Of a DNA stretch of 37,541 nt, positions 35,469 to 37,541 are shown one piece after another (the first letter of the stretch is position 1; the number at the start of each line of letters is the position of its first letter). The stretch lies in assembly GCA_934101445.1 (NCBI GenBank), contig CAKORQ010000002.1, positions 1 through 37,541 of the forward strand. Reading direction: 5' to 3'. The notes under the pieces are model-generated. The model made no database searches, was not told where the DNA came from, and saw only the letters and a list, made by a program, of their open reading frames with translations. Source of the DNA: an uncultured Bacilli bacterium (GTDB lineage: Bacteria; Bacillota_I; Bacilli_A; RF39; UBA660). The position numbers and the translations under genes are program-made.

Positions 35469-36488
35469 TTATTTATTTTTATTGAAACTATTAGCGTTTT
35501 TTAAAGCAAAAGATTCCAAATAAGGTATTAACACACTTTTATATAATTCTTCAAAAGAACCATAATTTGGCATATTCTCTTTTATAAGATCTGTTATCTC
35601 CTCAGTTCTAACAAAACCAACTTTCTTAAACCATTCAAAATCTGGTCGCATTTCACTTCTTGATATCCATTTTTCAATCATTAAAACCGAAACTGCTCTT
35701 ACAAAATATTCATATAGCAGTGTTTTAGTCATACTTGAATAAGACTTAGGTAACCCATTAGCCAGTGCTTCCTTGATTAAATAATCATAATTAGAAACAG
35801 CATCATAATACTTATCCACAACTGGATTAACAAAATGATGAGCAAATTCATGATTTATCGAAATGAAATTATATCTTTTATTTACAAAGAATTTATTATC
35901 TTTATACTTAATCCCTCTAGTACAATATAAAAAGTTACCAATAGTTGAAGAAAACCCACCATTCATAAAAATAGAACCCGTAATATTTAAATCAATATCT
36001 TCCTTACTTCCAAAGAAACTTAAAACATAATCCTTGTTATATCCCTCAGGTAATTTACCAAAAGCCTCTTGTTGTAACTTTAATTCTTCTTTATTGTCTT
36101 CTAAAATTTTATTCATATCAAAAGATAAATATACTTCTTTTACTAATTCTAAATATTCTCTTAAATCTTCTTTTTTAAAAGGGTTATTAATCTTAGTAAT
36201 ATCATCATATCTAATAGAAAAATCATCATTAAATAAATATGCAATATAATTATAATCAGCCTCATCCTCTATATCTAACATATATTTTTCTAATTCCGAA
36301 AATTTATCAAAATTAATCTTACTTACAACATCATTAAAATACTTAGTATTTGGAAATTCTACCCAATCAAATTCATCTTTATTTTTATAATTGTTTTTTA
36401 TTACATAACTACACACGATAGCATGAATAAAATCCACTCTTTTATCTAATCCAAACTTAATATCACTCATTTCTACATCTCTTTTCAT
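35469..36488 (-). CDS. Hypothetical protein with an HExxH zinc-metallopeptidase-like motif (possibly DUF4932-like)
   Basis: 339 aa with no signal peptide. It has a single HEFAHH motif in the INHEFAHHFVNP context. The DUF assignment is from memory and is uncertain. Confidence 0.4.
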   Translation of the reverse strand: MKRDVEMSDIKFGLDKRVDFIHAIVCSYVIKNNYKNKDEFDWVEFPNTKYFNDVVSKINFDKFSELEKYMLDIEDEADYNYIAYLFNDDFSIRYDDITKINNPFKKEDLREYLELVKEVYLSFDMNKILEDNKEELKLQQEAFGKLPEGYNKDYVLSFFGSKEDIDLNITGSIFMNGGFSSTIGNFLYCTRGIKYKDNKFFVNKRYNFISINHEFAHHFVNPVVDKYYDAVSNYDYLIKEALANGLPKSYSSMTKTLLYEYFVRAVSVLMIEKWISRSEMRPDFEWFKKVGFVRTEEITDLIKENMPNYGSFEELYKSVLIPYLESFALKNANSFNKNK

Positions 36489-36537
36489 TCTAAAATTTTT
36501 AACTTTTAATTAATTTACTTATTCTTAGCACTACTCA

Positions 36538-37365
36538 TTATTTTTCATCACTACTTTTATATTTGAACAACACCGACGGACGATGCCCCTCGCCTTTTTT
36601 AACTTTTTCCGTCTTGACAACTTTATTAGCAATAATTCTTCTAAAAGCTGGGTCTAGCAATTCTTTATTTAAAATCACTTCATAAACTTGTTGTAAATCT
36701 CCTAAAGTAAAATATTCAGGCATTAAATTAAAAGCTATATCAGTATAACTAATTTTATTTTTAAGTCTTTCAATGCCAGTATAAATAATTAAAGCATGGT
36801 CAAAAGCAACGTCGTTATTTTCTTCAATAATATAAGAGTAACTGTCAGAAGTTTTTTCTCTTAATACTTTCTTTAACTTAAACTTTAATTGTTCATTACC
36901 ATTATCTAGCAATACTAAAACACTATCATTGTCGGCAAAATATTTAATATTGAACCATGAAGCGTTAGGAACTAAATTATTATTAAGTAAATTTTTATCT
37001 ACTAAAGCCATATATGCTGTTGATAAAACACGCATTCTTGGGTCTCTTTTTACACTGCCAAAAGTATATAACTGTTCTAAGTAAATATTTTCTAAATTAG
37101 TTTCTTTCTTCAAGATTCTCTTAGGACTATCCTCTAAATCCTCATCAATACCAACAAATCCTCCTGGTAAGCACCACTTATCCTTAAAAGGGTAATTATC
37201 TCTTTTAACTAGTAAAACACTCATATGTTTCTTAGTTGTCTTACGATAGTTTTCATTCTCTTCATTACTAATACTAAGTACAAGAATATCCGTTGTTACT
37301 GACAATAAATCAAAATCATTCTTATTATAGTTTTTTAAAAATTCTTCTTCACTTTTATACATCAT
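36538..37365 (-). CDS. NrtR-like protein: Nudix domain with a degenerate catalytic box fused to a C-terminal winged-helix domain
   Basis: The Nudix box region GGFVGIDEDLEDSPKRILKKETNL keeps G-x5-E-x7-R, but the REUxEE glutamates read RILKKE. The C-terminal ~90 aa (FTLGDLQQVYEVILNKELLDPAFRRII) resemble the NrtR wHTH. Confidence 0.6.
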   Translation of the reverse strand: MMYKSEEEFLKNYNKNDFDLLSVTTDILVLSISNEENENYRKTTKKHMSVLLVKRDNYPFKDKWCLPGGFVGIDEDLEDSPKRILKKETNLENIYLEQLYTFGSVKRDPRMRVLSTAYMALVDKNLLNNNLVPNASWFNIKYFADNDSVLVLLDNGNEQLKFKLKKVLREKTSDSYSYIIEENNDVAFDHALIIYTGIERLKNKISYTDIAFNLMPEYFTLGDLQQVYEVILNKELLDPAFRRIIANKVVKTEKVKKGEGHRPSVLFKYKSSDEK

Positions 37366-37395
37366 GTTCTAAAATCCTTTCTTCTTAACAATTTT

Positions 37396-37404
37396 ATTAT
37401 ATCA
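37396..37404 (-). promoter_or_regulatory. Candidate extended -10 element (TGATATAAT) for the NrtR-like gene
   Basis: On the minus strand TGATATAAT lies about 30 nt upstream of the ATG at 37365. The SD is AAGGA. Confidence 0.35.
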
Positions 37405-37458
37405 AACATTATTTTTTTCTTCACTAATTTTCCTAAATCTATCAACAATTTTCAATAA

Positions 37459-37496
37459 ATTTTTGCACATTCCATTATTATTTTTTCGCACATTTC
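37459..37496 (-). repeat. Direct repeat AATGTGC(A/G)AAAA, two copies about 23 bp apart, upstream of the NrtR-like gene
   Basis: On the minus strand: GAAATGTGCGAAAAAA (37496..37481) and GGAATGTGCAAAAAT (37473..37459). Confidence 0.4.
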
Positions 37497-37505
37497 ATAT
37501 CCTAA

Positions 37506-37534
37506 TTCAGAGCTATTAAGTGTCAGTGTATAAT
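37506..37534 (+). promoter_or_regulatory. Possible divergent plus-strand promoter pointing out of the window
   Basis: -35 TTCAGA (37506..37511), a 17-nt spacer, and a -10 TATAAT (37529..37534) preceded by TGt. No downstream gene is visible. Confidence 0.3.
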
Positions 37535-37541
37535 TTGTAGC

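Noticed and set aside
36034-36249. 71-aa plus-strand ORF
   Set aside because: It is antisense to the HExxH protein gene.
1-37541. Mollicute-type genetic code 4 (TGA = Trp), considered because of the very low GC content
   Set aside because: Trp is encoded by TGG (for example the S14 C-terminal ...SSW). TGA terminates ftsE exactly at the ATGA overlap with ftsX, and all conserved proteins are full length under code 11.
1-37541. CRISPR arrays, tRNA/rRNA genes, IS elements, prophage or defence islands
   Set aside because: There are no regularly spaced direct repeats and no GC-rich cloverleaf or T-loop-like segments in the spacers. There are also no transposase, integrase or recombinase-like ORFs, and every large ORF is either housekeeping or accounted for.

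Overview
This window is a very AT-rich chromosomal core region from a low-GC Bacillota (Firmicutes)-type genome. It uses the standard code 11: TGG encodes Trp and TGA is used as a stop. Of 49 coding regions, 47 lie on the minus strand; only gerQ and lemA are on the plus strand. Reading along the minus strand from right to left, the content is as follows. (1) An NrtR-like Nudix/wHTH regulator, an HExxH protein and a YfcC-like transporter. (2) rpsF-ssb-rpsR. (3) rplI-dnaB, followed by a chain of overlapping genes: an M23/LysM peptidase, walJ(yycJ)-like and rlmH. (4) ung, lemA, a small MBL hydrolase and gerQ. (5) A yitT / serine-hydrolase / ftsE / ftsX / coiled-coil M23 peptidase operon. (6) whiA, an orphan membrane-anchored protein and a 555-aa uridine-kinase-family protein. 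(7) An atypical glycolytic cluster, gapA-orf178-pgk-spo0A-like-gpmI. (8) A 740-bp non-coding gap. (9) The complete S10-spc ribosomal protein operon from rpsJ to the 5' part of secY, with no rpmD (L30). I see no rRNA, tRNA, CRISPR array, transposase/integrase or recognisable defence gene. I did not find a clear-cut new multi-gene system. The most unusual item is a Spo0A-type regulator whose receiver domain has Ser at the phospho-acceptor Asp position. It occupies the slot where tpiA normally sits in the glycolytic cluster, has a perfect 0A box upstream, and lies near an orphan ORF that is tightly coupled to pgk. Secondary items are a nested inverted-repeat element upstream of whiA, a 13-mer shared by two upstream regions, and several unusually tight gene couplings. 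All protein calls rest on remembered family motifs and synteny; no database search was run. Several ORF-track starts use GTG/TTG upstream of a better ATG or SD-led start, and I corrected those.
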